A stretch of DNA of 62,972 nt, counting the filler, from Asterionella formosa (Eukaryota): assembly GCA_002256025.1 (NCBI GenBank). It is 14 parts of 14 records of this genome, joined end to end, with 100 filler letters (N's around TTAATTAATTAA, not from the genome) between each part and the next. Parts side by side here need not be neighbours in the genome. Positions count along the whole stretch, not along the records: positions 1 to 16,753 come from NKIB01004746.1; 13 more parts are not named here. One strand, given 5' to 3'. The notes below the pieces were generated by a model. That model was not told the origin of the DNA, did no database searches, and worked only from the letters and a program-made list of their open reading frames with translations. Below are positions 1-12,619 of the stretch, in pieces (position 1 is the first letter of the stretch; every line of letters begins with the position of its first letter). Both the position numbers and the translations under genes were made by a program.

Positions 1-230
1 AGTACCACATAATTAAGACTCGTACGTAGACGAAATTTCGAAAAGTCAAATGAATTATTTGAAACATCAACTAATTCAGTCTCGCGTTCAAAATTCATTG
101 TGAAAACTTCACATGAAACCGTTAAAAGTAATCTTTTTTACGTGAAGAGTGGCATTAATGCATGTGAAGTACCACATAATTAACACTCATACGTAGACGA
201 TATTTCGAAAAGTGGCGTATTTCGCGGCTT
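1..230. repeat. 167-bp tandem satellite (partial array at contig start)
   Basis: AGTACCACATAATT recurs at 1 and 168. The reverse complement of the same unit is tandemly arrayed at ~36500-36935. Confidence 0.85.
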
Positions 231-781
231 AGATGAATATCAGATGTATCGATATCATCGTTTGTCCGACGAAAAATGGACGATGCGACTACATGAATCC
301 CTCGAGAAGACAAGCAGTACAAGCAACAACCAACCGCATCCGTTAGACAAAGAATCGCTACTGGTGTCATCACGGAACTGATTTCGCTTCAAACCGGTCA
401 TGATGGACGACGATCGGCATGATGAAAGGTGAATTGCCGGAGTCCATTTTTCACGAAAAGAACAAAAACGAGGTGAATTCTAGATATATATTATTGAAAA
501 TTTCTCAACAGTATATAAAATGGTTTCCTTAAGTAGACCCCTTGCCGATTTGGGCAATCCCAGGGCTGGAAAACCGAGGGGCAATTGGCGTCTGTTGTCT
601 TGCCGAAATGCGAACATATGAAATATCCAAAATATATTTTAATGATGGGCAATATTGGACCATTGGCAATTTTCGAGGTGAAGATAGGAAATATACAAAA
701 TAAATTTTATATGATGGGCAATGGTAGGCTAAAATTGACATTTATGCTAAATTTGTGGGCAGTAGGTAAGCGAATGACGCC

Positions 782-997
782 ACGATAGCTAAAGCGGGAA
801 TTGCCTCAACCATACCCTTCTCGGCGGCTACATGCCTTCTCTTACACATGTGCACTCAACTGGGATGGCACTCGTAGGGTGACCTTATTGCAGCGCCAGG
901 GCGCCACTCGCATGGTCAACCTACTTGCACCACCCAGCCTCGAACACATGTATACTCGCAGGCAAAAGGCCACCTCGGGCATGTATTGCCTTCAGCA
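782..997. repeat. ~216-bp GC-rich dispersed repeat, copy A
   Basis: Aligns end to end with the reverse complement of 11880-12098. Confidence 0.9.
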
Positions 998-1859
998 ACA
1001 ATGATTGTACCAGTACATACCAGTAAACGAAATTCAAGTCGGCTGTTCGTCTGTGTGCTGCGAGAATACCGCCCCTAACCCTAATTCTGCGAGACCCATG
1101 TAAGCATTGTATCACTTTCGAACAAAAATCATAAACTATGCATATGCATAAAATTGTGTAGTTGCCAGGTTCACCACCAACCAACTAGCTACAGGCATAC
1201 TTCTGGGGCTGGGGAAGGATTGTCAACAGAGCTTTGTACTGAATTGTCCAATGTCTGCTGAGGCACCCTCTCAATGATGTTAACTTTTCTCCTAGTCTGT
1301 TGTGATGCCATATCGCCTTGTGGAGTATTGATTTGTCTTCAAGTAGCTATAGCCTTTAATTTTAAAATAAATTTAAAAGCAATCAATATAAAAATAAAGC
1401 TCTTTTGTCAGAAAAGACCACAAAGATTTAAAAAACTGCATAAGCCAAGAAGAGATTAATGGGCTGTATAAAGGCGACAAAAGAATAGGAAAACCCAGAT
1501 GTGGAGTTTCAACCGCACTTAGATGTGAGGCAGGGCTAATTGTCAGATTTTACTTAGGAGTGTGCTCCTCGTCTGTAATTATGTCCATGTTTGCTTTAGC
1601 CTTTAGTCTCACGAACAAATATATTCCGGATTCCGGAGTACTCCAGTGTACCATACATAAGTATCCGGATACTACGACTTGGCTACTATTGTTCTATAGG
1701 CATGGAAAATATATCTCAGTAAGCAAAATATGAACAAGCACTGAACATATCACAACGAAAGGAGCATATGCCACTGGACACAGAGAAATACAGTTACCAA
1801 TTGTTTACTTCTACAATTGCCTGCCCTGTTGGAAATACATACTGCTGGTAGCAGGGACT

Positions 1860-2042
1860 TGACGAAAACTCCGAAGTACGAAAAGTGACGTACAAAAACG
1901 GTGTTTTATTTAAAATCGACCTCGCATCACGTTTTCCAAAAGGACCGCAAAAGAACGCGAAGCTAGCAAAAGACCGGAGAAAAACATCGTATATCCGGGT
2001 TTTCCCGTTCTTTTGCGATCTTTTCGTTCGATCTCCGTAGTG
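1860..2042. mobile_element. possible CACTA-like element terminus
   Basis: A CpG-rich non-coding tract ends in CTCCGTAGTG (reverse complement CACTACGGAG). No partner end was found. Confidence 0.25.
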
Positions 2043-2199
2043 TGTAAAATATTTGTCATTAATATCCACTGGTCAAATGGATTACCGGTATGACTGCTTT
2101 TTTGAAACCAGGAACGATGCATTGAGCATGGTGTGACAACGAGTATCAAATATAATATGTACCAGTAATGTGTATTACCGGTATATTTTATTCCTTGAC

Positions 2200-2430
2200 C
2201 ATAATTCCGTGCTATATAGGATCTATGGTTTTCCATCTAGACAAAAACGAGCATACTCAATTCCGTGCTATATAGGATCTATGGTTTTCTATCTACACAA
2301 AATCGAGCATACTCAGGACTCAGTACATACCATGTAGTAGGGGATACGTTCGGTTCTGAAACTACCGGTATATTATCATCCGAATACCGGCACGTGAAGT
2401 TACATGAAGATGCCGATATGTACCGGGTAA
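2200..2430. repeat. dispersed repeat with internal ~57-bp duplication; empty-site paralogue of the MULE-MITE insertion at 42129
   Basis: Similar to 41963-42128 and continues through a single GATATGTAC. Confidence 0.8.
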
Positions 2431-2449
2431 CAACCGTACAGGTAGTGTG

Positions 2450-2580
2450 TGAAAGAGGGAACGATGGAGAAGGACGACGAGGACGAACGAGGAGGAGGAG
2501 AGTTGTGTGAGTCGATTAACGAACCTGACAAGCTCAAAGAGAGTTTGGAAGGGGGTATGTTAAAAGAGTGATTAGATTAG
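2450..2580 (-). repeat. dispersed first-exon/splice-donor-like module, copy 1
   Basis: The core TCTAATCACT...GAGCTTGTCAG|GT on the minus strand is shared with 38907-39045 and 60795-60893. Confidence 0.7.
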
Positions 2581-3866
2581 TTTAACCGGACTAGAATAAC
2601 GAGTCACACGAGTACACAATACTTCATGCGTCAGACAAAAAGATAGATCAGAAGGACAGACTTGCGATTTATAACAGGTATAGGGTTGAATGATTAGAAA
2701 CGGAATACGGTACCAGGTACCGGTGCTCCACCTTTTAACAGGTACTCCGTACCAGGTATTGGTACCGGTACCGGTACCGGTTCCGGTTCCGGACACCGGT
2801 ATACTCTGTGATGAGCAATGTTATTGCCCGTGGATGTTTAATGCCTGATCAGAGCTCACACTCGATTCGACGAAATGGTAGTCGCGCGGACTTTTCAAGA
2901 AGTACGCGAACTTCGCAGAAGAACGCGCGACTAGAGTTTTGCAACATATTTCAATTAAAAAAATCGAGGTCTGTGCAATATGACAAAAGGAATTATCCAC
3001 CTAGCGAGGTTGTACGGAGTTTCCCGTACCTCCTAGTTGGCAGCCTCCCATAAATCCATTCACTCAAGTTTGGCCACACACGTACATATTGGTCATCCGT
3101 CACATCACCATACTACCAGGTACCTGGTACCGGAACTGTTCCTGTTCACCATTGAATGATGATACCAGAGGTGTGCTCCAATATTCCTCGGCTATATCTG
3201 GTGATTCAAAGTTCTATGTCCTTATTTTCATGCTGCATGTGCGTGAATAAAAGAATTTGTGTAGACTACCACTGTATACCAGTCGTGTTCGCACATGCAG
3301 CTATTCGAATGAATGCATAATACCGGTACTTGCATAAATACCTGTATCCTACAAAATATAAAGATACGGTACTACCGGTACATAGCTTCACGCACGAATC
3401 ATATACCGGTACCAGGGTACATACTACGGTATAAGTATATGGTCCACTCGGAGTACGGTATATAGAAGGTACATTAGTAACCGGCACGAATAAGTACTAT
3501 GTACTGATGGTACCTGGTCCTCGTATTTAATGAAACTTTCATTAACAGTACATACCTCCTGTACGTAAAAGGGAATGTCGGGTCCAACACTACCGGTACC
3601 AGGTACCAGGTAATATACCGGTATATCATAATAGTTACCGGTACTCGGAGAACCGGTAAATCCAGTTGCAACAAGCAATGGACTCTATGTACAAGAACAG
3701 CGACTGCTAGATATATCTAATTAGATAGATAAAACACCTCCCACCATAGAGGTTGTTAAATAGTACATAGGATTGTGTACCGGTATATAGAACAGAAAGA
3801 AAGAACGAACGAAAACTATTGCTAACAAAAACCACTATACCGCATGAGGGAGGAATAAATCACAAA

Positions 3867-6199
3867 ATGTTGCGAACTTTGAATTTCCTTGGTTCTAAGA
3901 ATCGTTGCGTGGTTTCGAATAGCCGTAGTATTTCCCTGCACCAGATCGTACTGAAAGAGCAACACCCCGTATCACGACGAGCGTGCCTGTCGACTGTATC
4001 CATTGATGACAAGTGGACAACGATCACCAAAAGGCTATTAGTACTCGACTTGTCCGAGAGTAATAGTAATAGTAATAGGAATAGAAATAGAAATAGAAAT
4101 AGCTGGAGCAGCCAAGATTGGCAAGAAGCCTTGCTCGGAATTAGATATTGGAAGGATCAAAATACAGCCGATGGCGTCAAAACCGCGTGGCAGTTAATGG
4201 ATCGTGCTGTCCATGAAGAACGAACAAGGACTGTAAAGGTAGCGTCAGTGGATGTTGAATTGAATAAAGCGTTGGTCCGTGCAGTTGTATTGGCGTGGTC
4301 ACTTCATCCCGGAGGAGTCACTGCTAGGGAAATTCTGGAAAAGGTTCAATCATATCATTCAAATGTACCCAAACTGTGTCCCGACGTTAAAATTTACACC
4401 ATGATCATAAACTCGGCTACCAAAAATGGAGAGCATCATGCACATGATCTCGCAGAAGAAGATTTATTCATACATTGTTGGATGGGAGACTTCATAGCCC
4501 AATGGCACAGCCAAATACTATCACATTCACAGCTGCTATAGATGCGCTGGCCAAAAGTGGAGCGGAGGATGCTCCCCAACGAGCTGAAGCATTATTGCAG
4601 AAAATGAAAGATTTGACCAATGATGGTTGGAAGAATCTGAAGCCTAATGGGAAAACATACTATACAGTAATGTCAGCCTGGGCCAATAGTCAACAGCCGG
4701 GAGCAGCTCACCGAGCAGAGGTGCTTCTAAAAGAATCCCCGGAACCCAACGCAATAAGTTTCAATGCAGTGATGAATGCTTGGTCCAAGAGTGACAGCAT
4801 TGGATCGGCAGATCGCTGTTACCAGATTCTTCATCATATGAAAGAATCTTACAGGAGCGGAAAGAACACAGTAATCAAACCTACTGCAATATCATATGGA
4901 ACAGTTATTTCTGCCTTTGCAAAGAGTGGTAGGGCAAAGGAGGCACAATCAATATTGCAAGAACTTCTTGATGAGTTTGTACAAACAAAGGACTCAGATC
5001 TTTTCCCAGATCGGTTCCATTTTTCATCAGTGCTTGATGCATGGGCCAAGAGTGGTGAGAAAGGAGCAGCTCAGAAAGCTGAGTATCTCCTCGAGACAAT
5101 GCATGACATGGCAACAGCAACAAACAACATTAACATGTTTCCTAATGTCATTTCCTTCAATTCTGTCTTGCATGCATGGGCTAAATCCAATGATCCTTTT
5201 GCTGCATCCCATGCAGAAGCCATCTTGCAAAAAATGCATGAAATTGATGAGTCGGGTTTTCATGATGTGAAACCAGACATTCGAACATACAACATAGTGC
5301 TCGACTGTCTAGCTAAATCACAATCGAAATATGCCTCAACTAGAACAGAAGCTATTTTGAATGTGATCCTTGACCGTCACAAGGCAGGAGATGAAGATTT
5401 GAAGCCAGGCACTATCACATTTAACACTGTGATAAATGCCTTTGCGAAAAGTCGACGTCAGGATGCTGGAGAAAAAGCTGATGCCATTTTCGCTCAAATG
5501 AAGACATGTGGTGTAAAACCAAATCATCGTTCATTCAGTTCTCTTATATCGGCTTGGATCAATAGTCGTGATCCCAGAGCAGCAACAAAGGCTGAGGAGT
5601 ATCTGAGGGAAATGACAAAACTCTACAGGAGTGGTGAGAAAAGTTGCAAGCCAAATACAATCATCTTTACATCTGTCATTTATGCCTGGTCAACAAGTAA
5701 GGACAGAATTGCTGTGGATCAAGCTCGGGCTATTTTGAATGAAATGCAACAATTAGATGAAGCTGATGGCCAAATGGACTGTAGACCAGATGTGATCACT
5801 TATTCATCATTTTTGAATGTTGTTGCAAGGAGCAATTCAAAAGATAAAGCTGAAATGGCATTTGACGTTCTATCTGAAATGAAGGATAGATCCATCCAAC
5901 CAAACATCTGTAGCTATAATATGGTATTGATGGCTTGTGCGTTTTCCCGTAACTTTGATCTGGCAACTCGTGCAAAGGCTTTTGCGATTGCTGCAAAAAC
6001 TTATCGTCTGGCATACATTGAGTTGGATGCAAAGATTACTGTAGAAACATATTGTTTTTTCTTCCAGTCTTCTGTTGGATTGGGGCATGACAAGGAAGTA
6101 AGTTTGGTTTATAAATTGTGTTGCAAGGCTAACTTTGAGAATGACAAATTTATACAACGAGACTTGATGAAAACTGCTCCTCACTTGGTTCAAAAGTGA
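3867..6199 (+). CDS. pentatricopeptide repeat (PPR) protein, likely organelle-targeted; apparent 1-bp frameshift near 4467
   Basis: Many repeats of the type PN..SFN.V..AWAKS...A..AE.LL..M. ORFs 3819-4541 and 4475-6199 join into a continuous PPR repeat if one base is added at ~4467. The N-terminus from ATG 3867 is Arg/Ser-rich. Confidence 0.88.
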
Positions 6200-7571
6200 G
6201 CAACAATCATAATCAACAGTAGATATTTTATGTCCACATCTCCAAGTTAATTTGAAACAAGAGCCTGCACTGCTAAATTAATGGTTGCCTTGTTCACAAC
6301 ATCAGAACTTGTTCAATTGCACTTTTCTAGTTATTGTCATGGAGAAAAGTTCTAAGGCCCTTCTTGAATTTATTCATTTCAATTTATGCATTGCATGTAC
6401 ACATTTGATCTCCTGACAAAATATTTGGGTCTTTGAATTCCCATCGTCATGCTAGCCATGGTAATCTTCCAGCAAATCTTTTGCCATTGACCTAACTTTG
6501 TTCGCAGTACACATCTTGCCTGTCTAGACACGTCAAGTTGTAGACCAAACAGAAACAGTAGAAATATGGTGCGAAAATCCCATTTCTTTTTCCCAAGGTT
6601 ATACGTTGTTGGTCGCATACATACTTGAACAAAACAAAGCTGACAAGCATCTGTCATCACCTGATCATACCATTTGGCAGAGTAACAGGTTTTACATCTC
6701 CCCCGCCTTCACAGTCTAAATTTGGCATTATTTCACCTACACCAATTTAGATCTTACTATTAAATCAATATCTGGACGATCCAAGCTAGAACATTGTTGT
6801 CAAATCAACCAATTAAGTTCCTTTTGTCCTATTTGCAAACTTCAATGCACTTTATAGGTGGGGGCGAAATATTTAACGAGGGAGGGAGGAGAATTTGCTT
6901 TACATTTTGTACTAGCAGAATTAATCCACAATTGTCTAGTTAAGTTTTCCTTCCCTGGTGACGATCCTCTTTCCTTTCTGCCATCTGTTGTTTGCTTCTC
7001 CCACATGGTCTGGGAGTCCCATGTTTTGGGCATGATTACTAATAGTGACTCATCATCACAACAATATTGTTGGTGGCATTGGCTGAGTACCATTTTTGGG
7101 TTTTTTCAATGATTTTCTACTTGCTATTTTGAAATGGATATCACAGAAACTAATGTCGTGAATAATATCTACAATGTTAATGACAAACAATAAAATATGA
7201 CACAATAAAGTGGAGAGGAATCATTATTATTATTATAATGACACAATCATTTCATCATCATCATGATTGTCATGTGTTGATAAGATGATAACATCATGGG
7301 ATGTGTACTCTACCGGGACCGGTACGGTAGTTACGAGACTGGCAGACATTTGTAGGGGGCTCCAGGTACATGTACCATCTCTAACCATCATCAGCCAACC
7401 ATTTATGTTGTTCGTATGGATTGAAGAAGCAAGAATATCATTTAGCTCTAACAAGGTTTTCTTTAGGGTAGACAATATATATTCATATATATAGATATGC
7501 ACATATACATCTAAGAAGAATAAAATAGCAAAAACAATCGACAAAGTTGGTTCATCATCATCATTATCAAC

Positions 7572-10124
7572 ATGACAAGGAAACGGAGACAACAACCAGG
7601 AAACACTGTTGTTGCCAATGCCTCCATCTCCTCATCACCACTGCCATTTACTAATACTACTACTCTACCATCCACAACAGGAACGAATACCGGTACTCAC
7701 ACTCCTCAATCATTATTGCCCATCGACTTGAAACTTTTGCATTTAATCCAAAAGAAATTCTCCTCAAATATTACAACAAATACAGAAACAAATACAAAGG
7801 TAATTATCAATCATTTAACAACACAACATCGAGAATATCAAAGAAAGGATCCAATTTGGCTACAACGGAATGTAGAACGTGTCATGGATCGATTATTACA
7901 ACATAATACAACCGAACAATCATTGATATTGTCAAGCAACAAGAAACGAAAGCAGCAGCAGCAGCAGCAGCAACAACAACAATACAAGGACAACGAGGAG
8001 GATCAGTACGACATAGACGCAGCTGAGTCTGACGCCATTCGAAAACATATTAGTTACGACGCCGCCATTATGACTTTGAATGACACTCTCACCAATAGAT
8101 ACAAGGCAGTTCAGCAAGAAAAGGAAGCAACCGAAGCTGCTGCTGCTGCAAAAATGAAAGTTACAAAACGCAAAAAACCCTCCGCACCACCACAACAACA
8201 ACAACTATTCTCACCTGTCCCACGTCCATCAGAACGATACACTGATTTGGGTGGCATTCCTGACGTGTTGAAACAAATTCAACATTTAGTGGAATACCCA
8301 CTCGTACGTCCAGAAGTATATCGCCATTTGGGTGTCGATCCACCCAGGGGAGTATTGTTACGTGGACCACCAGGATGTGGGAAATCACATTTGGCCAATG
8401 CCATTGCTGGACAATTGGGATTGGCATTTTTCAAACTATCTGCACCAGAATTGGTATCTGGCATGTCAGGAGAAAGTGAAGGACGTATTAGGGATTTGTT
8501 CCAAGCCGCCAGTGATGCTGCACCAAGCATTTTGTTTATTGATGAATTGGATGCCATTTGTCCAAAACGTAGTACTGATGGAGGAGGCCGAGGTATGGAA
8601 CAGCGCATGGTGGCGCAACTATTGACATGTATGGACATGTTGCATCCAAAGTACAACAAGAACGAAGCGACAGTCATTGTTTTGGGGGCCACGAATCGAC
8701 CGGATGCCATGGATCCGGCATTGAGGAGAGCGGGACGATTTGACAGAGAGATATTATTGGGAGTGCCAGATGAAACGGCACGTATGGCAATTATGAAAAC
8801 CATGACAAAAGAGATGAGATTGGATGGAGACTTTTGTTTCAAGGAGTTGGCACGAATGACGCCAGGATATGTTGGGGCAGACGTGCGGTCATTGACCAAG
8901 GAGGCGGCAGTGGTTGCTATCAATCGTATCTTTCACGATGTACTCACCGATGAAGGAGCTAGAATGCCCAGTATGCAGCACCTTCTGAAGCTTCAACAAC
9001 AAGATCACAACACTGAACAGGATGATTTCACCGGCGACGACCTACCAGCCACTAGCGATATGGACAATAATGATACTATTGATCCTGCTGTTGGTGTTAC
9101 ACCACTCTCAACAGAACAGCTGGAACCTTTGTTTGTTACCATGGCCGATTTCATTGCCGCGATTCCGCACGTCCAACCATCCAGCCAGCGAGAAGGCTTT
9201 GCAACAGTACCCAATGTCAGCTGGGACGATATTGGTGCCCTCTCTCAAGTACGTGACGAACTTACACTATCTGTTTTGGAACCTATTCGACACCCCGAAA
9301 AATTCAAGGCCCTTGGACTGTCGTTGCCGGCTGGAGTTTTGCTGTATGGTCCTCCAGGATGTGGAAAGACCTTATTGGCCAAGGCCATTGCTAATGAATC
9401 TGGCGCCAACTTTCTTTCTGTCAAGGGGCCTGAATTGTTGGACAAGTATGTCGGGGAAAGTGAACGCGCCGTCCGCGTCGTCTTCGAACGCGCCAGATCC
9501 TCCGCTCCGTGCATAGTCTTTTTTGATGAACTTGACTCCTTGTGCCCAAAGCGTGGTTCCTCCGATGGAGGTGGAGGAGGAGTTAGTGAGCGTGTGGTGA
9601 ACCAATTGCTGACGGAAATGGACGGCCTTGAATCTCGTCGGTCTGTCTTTGTCATTGCTGCTACAAATCGACCCGAACTCATCGATCCTGCCATGATGCG
9701 ACCTGGACGGCTCGACAAACTCCTATATGTGTCTCTCCCTACACCTAATGATCGAGCTAGTATTCTAACAGCATTGGCTGCCAAGGTGACCTTGGCAAAG
9801 TGTGTGAATTTGTCCAATCTCGCCGACCGGGCTGATGGGTATTCTGGAGCTGACTGTGCCGCCTTGTTGCGAGAAGCTGGTCTGGCAGTATTGAAAGAAT
9901 CGTTGATAGATCCAACGACCCCAATGGAAATAACCATGCGGCACTTTGAATATGCGTTAGCTCATGTTATGCCCTCTGTATCGAAACGAGATGAAGAGCG
10001 GTATAATAAAATGCGAGATCGCATGGCACGAGCCAGAACACGTGTAAGTGGCGTCAGTGATAGTAATGACGATAGTGGTGGTGTCAAGGAGGAAGATAGT
10101 CAGCAGCAAGAAAAAAAAGCTTGA
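7572..10124 (+). CDS. NVL: nuclear VCP-like AAA+ ATPase (NVL/Rix7, ribosome biogenesis)
   Basis: Two AAA domains (GPPGCGKS, GPPGCGKT; Walker B FIDE, FFDE; SRH ALRRAGRFD, MRPGRLD), the SGMSGESE and QPSSQREGFATVP signatures, and a basic NLS-like N-terminus. Confidence 0.93.
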   Translation: MTRKRRQQPGNTVVANASISSSPLPFTNTTTLPSTTGTNTGTHTPQSLLPIDLKLLHLIQKKFSSNITTNTETNTKVIINHLTTQHREYQRKDPIWLQRNVERVMDRLLQHNTTEQSLILSSNKKRKQQQQQQQQQQYKDNEEDQYDIDAAESDAIRKHISYDAAIMTLNDTLTNRYKAVQQEKEATEAAAAAKMKVTKRKKPSAPPQQQQLFSPVPRPSERYTDLGGIPDVLKQIQHLVEYPLVRPEVYRHLGVDPPRGVLLRGPPGCGKSHLANAIAGQLGLAFFKLSAPELVSGMSGESEGRIRDLFQAASDAAPSILFIDELDAICPKRSTDGGGRGMEQRMVAQLLTCMDMLHPKYNKNEATVIVLGATNRPDAMDPALRRAGRFDREILLGVPDETARMAIMKTMTKEMRLDGDFCFKELARMTPGYVGADVRSLTKEAAVVAINRIFHDVLTDEGARMPSMQHLLKLQQQDHNTEQDDFTGDDLPATSDMDNNDTIDPAVGVTPLSTEQLEPLFVTMADFIAAIPHVQPSSQREGFATVPNVSWDDIGALSQVRDELTLSVLEPIRHPEKFKALGLSLPAGVLLYGPPGCGKTLLAKAIANESGANFLSVKGPELLDKYVGESERAVRVVFERARSSAPCIVFFDELDSLCPKRGSSDGGGGGVSERVVNQLLTEMDGLESRRSVFVIAATNRPELIDPAMMRPGRLDKLLYVSLPTPNDRASILTALAAKVTLAKCVNLSNLADRADGYSGADCAALLREAGLAVLKESLIDPTTPMEITMRHFEYALAHVMPSVSKRDEERYNKMRDRMARARTRVSGVSDSNDDSGGVKEEDSQQQEKKA

Positions 10125-10305
10125 AAATGTGAAGGATCAACTTTTTGACAAAATGATTTACTACTCTCTCTTATATATATTATATTTAGAGTTTGATTGC
10201 GTTTACTTCATTGCGTGCCAAAAACAATCATGGTTTATTTTTTATTTTAAGGATCCTAACATACCATTGTATCGGGGTGAATTGTTTTGTTGTTGCTTCT
10301 GAATA

Positions 10306-11448
10306 TCATTTTTCAACCGGGATGCGCTGAGCATTCTCGTTTGCTTGTTTCATAGAATCATAAATGAAATCAGAAAATCCCCCTTTACCATGCACAATGA
10401 TATCACACTGCTGAACCATGACCTGAATGGCCTTGATGATAATAACCTCCAAGGCTGGATCATTCGAGGGAACATGATTCTGCCAGCCACCTTCGTGACC
10501 TCGGAATCTGGGCCTATCCAGGTAATGCCATTTCAAGTCAGGAAAGTCATGCCATGCTTCATCGATAGCATTTGCGTCATCTGTAAGGAGAAGGATATTG
10601 GCGCCAGGTTCTCGCCGGTCCTTTGGTAGTTTTGCAATGTACTCCGAAACGTTGTAAAATTTTCTGCCATGATTTTCAATAACGACATCGGAACGACGGA
10701 CATGAATGATGGAACATGGGCCATGCATGTCTTTTGGGGCGCGATCTCTCAAATATTCATATACCTTTCTTCTCAGCCACTGCAGACTCCTGGTTGCATA
10801 ATGAAAGGCTCGCATACGATCCGGTGTTTCCTCTAACTTGAAGGCTTCTTCTGTCTCCAAGGATTTGGTCTGACAATTACTTAATGGCAGAAAATAACAA
10901 CTCATGTCCTTTTGCGGGCACGTTGCATTCTCTCCAGAGTCTTTGACCGCAGCGTAATTCCAATAGTCTAGCCCCGTCCCGTTCAATGTCATTTGCAGCG
11001 GTATCTTTGATTGTATCGCATACAAGAGTCCATCAGCAACGTTGATAAAATTCGCATACCAGCCCGAGCTCCACATCCGCCGGACTGCCACACCTTTGGC
11101 ACAATCAGAATGAAACTGAACTGTGTGAATTTGATACAGCAAGGCAACAACAGCTGCATTCTTCATGTGGTCAAAGCACTGGTGAGTCTCATTGTGAGTT
11201 CCTTCGTCGTATTCAGGATGATAGGTCCACCAGTTGTCCATGTCAACATGCCAAGGGGTGCAGATCGTGTCCGAGGGGAGGAGGCCTGATGTACCGTTGG
11301 ATGCATTCTGTTGTATGTTCAACAATGGCTGTTCTTCCGCCGTGAAATAATCAATTGGCAAGGCAGAGCCCCGATTTGTTATTCGGGAAACGAATGCAAT
11401 AAGGAGGCAAATTCCAACAACTTTGCTGACATGTTGACTTCCAACCAT
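10306..11448 (-). CDS. type II membrane fucosyltransferase-like glycosyltransferase (GT23/GT11-like)
   Basis: N-terminal transmembrane anchor, motif I IHVRRSD, motif II LLTDD and motif III-like CDIIVHGKGGFS. Confidence 0.7.
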   Translation of the reverse strand: MVGSQHVSKVVGICLLIAFVSRITNRGSALPIDYFTAEEQPLLNIQQNASNGTSGLLPSDTICTPWHVDMDNWWTYHPEYDEGTHNETHQCFDHMKNAAVVALLYQIHTVQFHSDCAKGVAVRRMWSSGWYANFINVADGLLYAIQSKIPLQMTLNGTGLDYWNYAAVKDSGENATCPQKDMSCYFLPLSNCQTKSLETEEAFKLEETPDRMRAFHYATRSLQWLRRKVYEYLRDRAPKDMHGPCSIIHVRRSDVVIENHGRKFYNVSEYIAKLPKDRREPGANILLLTDDANAIDEAWHDFPDLKWHYLDRPRFRGHEGGWQNHVPSNDPALEVIIIKAIQVMVQQCDIIVHGKGGFSDFIYDSMKQANENAQRIPVEK

Positions 11449-11879
11449 TGCCTGCCTCCTTTATGGTTGGCCTTTTGAAAGTTTAACAAGTTAAAACAAA
11501 AAGCAAAAGAGCGAAAGAGCACAAGGACGAGGACGAGGAATTAATAAATGTAGTCCCTCTGTTCCGGCATAGTTGCAACCAGACATTAGGTCACTCCCTC
11601 CCATGAAGCGCAAGACCCGAAAATATTTCGGATATAATAGCTCTTCGTATTTAGAAAATTATTCCGAACCCAATAATGTATGATCTAATTCATATTCTAA
11701 TGAATGGTTTACAATTAGGTAGGTGAACCTGAGGAGGATCTTGATTTGTTTTGTCGCTTCTTTCGTGGGAGAATCGCGCCAAGATTGGAATGCTTGCTCT
11801 GGACCCCCTTGACCAAATGTGACTTTTTTAAAGAGATATACCGGTAGGGGCATATCCGGTGCATTGGTAAATCGCGAAA

Positions 11880-12098
11880 TGCTGAAGGCAATACATACAC
11901 GTCCGAGGTGGTCTCTTGCCTGCGAGTATACATGTGTTCGATGCTGGGTGGCGCAAGTAGGTCGACCATGCGAGTGGCGCCCCGGCCCTACAATAAGGTC
12001 ACCCTACGAGTGCCATCCCAGTCGAGTACAGATGTGTACGAGAAGGCATGTAGCCGCCGAGAAGGGTATTGTTGAGGCAATCCCGCTTTAGCTATCGT
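11880..12098. repeat. ~216-bp GC-rich dispersed repeat, copy B (inverted relative to copy A)
   Basis: Reverse complement of 782-997. Confidence 0.9.
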
Positions 12099-12619
12099 CT
12101 TGCTTTTCGATGAGAACTGTGGTTGTATAAGTAATTTTTGGCCCCTTTAAGTAATTTTTTATTTAGGGGCAATAGGGGGCACATTAGATTTTTCGGCAGA
12201 CAATTTTAGGTTTAGCAGCAGGCAACGTCAGGAGTAGAATTTTCATGGGGAAAAGTTTAGACATATCAAAAATGCATGGACCACCGAATATACCGGTACC
12301 GGTATATGCATGAAAAATACCGGTAGTCACACAAGAATGATTGTAACAAGCATCGAAAATTCGACACTATGTTGTTAAGCAACCAAAGCATGAAACGGAA
12401 ATCGAAAGGTAAGACGTGAAAATGACAAGCAGGGAGTAGAGTAAAAAGTGAAAAAGAAAATGGGTCAGCGGAAAAATCGTGTGAAATTTTGTCAACGCAT
12501 ATTCATTAACAATTGTCAACTCACACTTTTTTGTCGTTGCAACGAAATTTCAAATTTTTTCAGATCAGGCCTGGCGGAGCAGAAACCGATGCCTAAATGG
12601 ATTAAGAGGCAATGCTAGT

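Noticed and set aside
1074..1086. Telomeric CCCTAA repeats
   Set aside because: Only two units, internal to the contig.
2450..2580. Spliced-leader RNA gene interpretation of the first-exon module
   Set aside because: The copies are too divergent for SL exons, no AU4-6G Sm site is seen, and one copy has a cis acceptor 81 bp downstream. Disfavoured, not formally excluded.
8279..9937. Long antisense ORFs (214 and 230 aa) over NVL, and similar ones over PPR and M66
   Set aside because: Shadow frames of real genes with no independent motifs.
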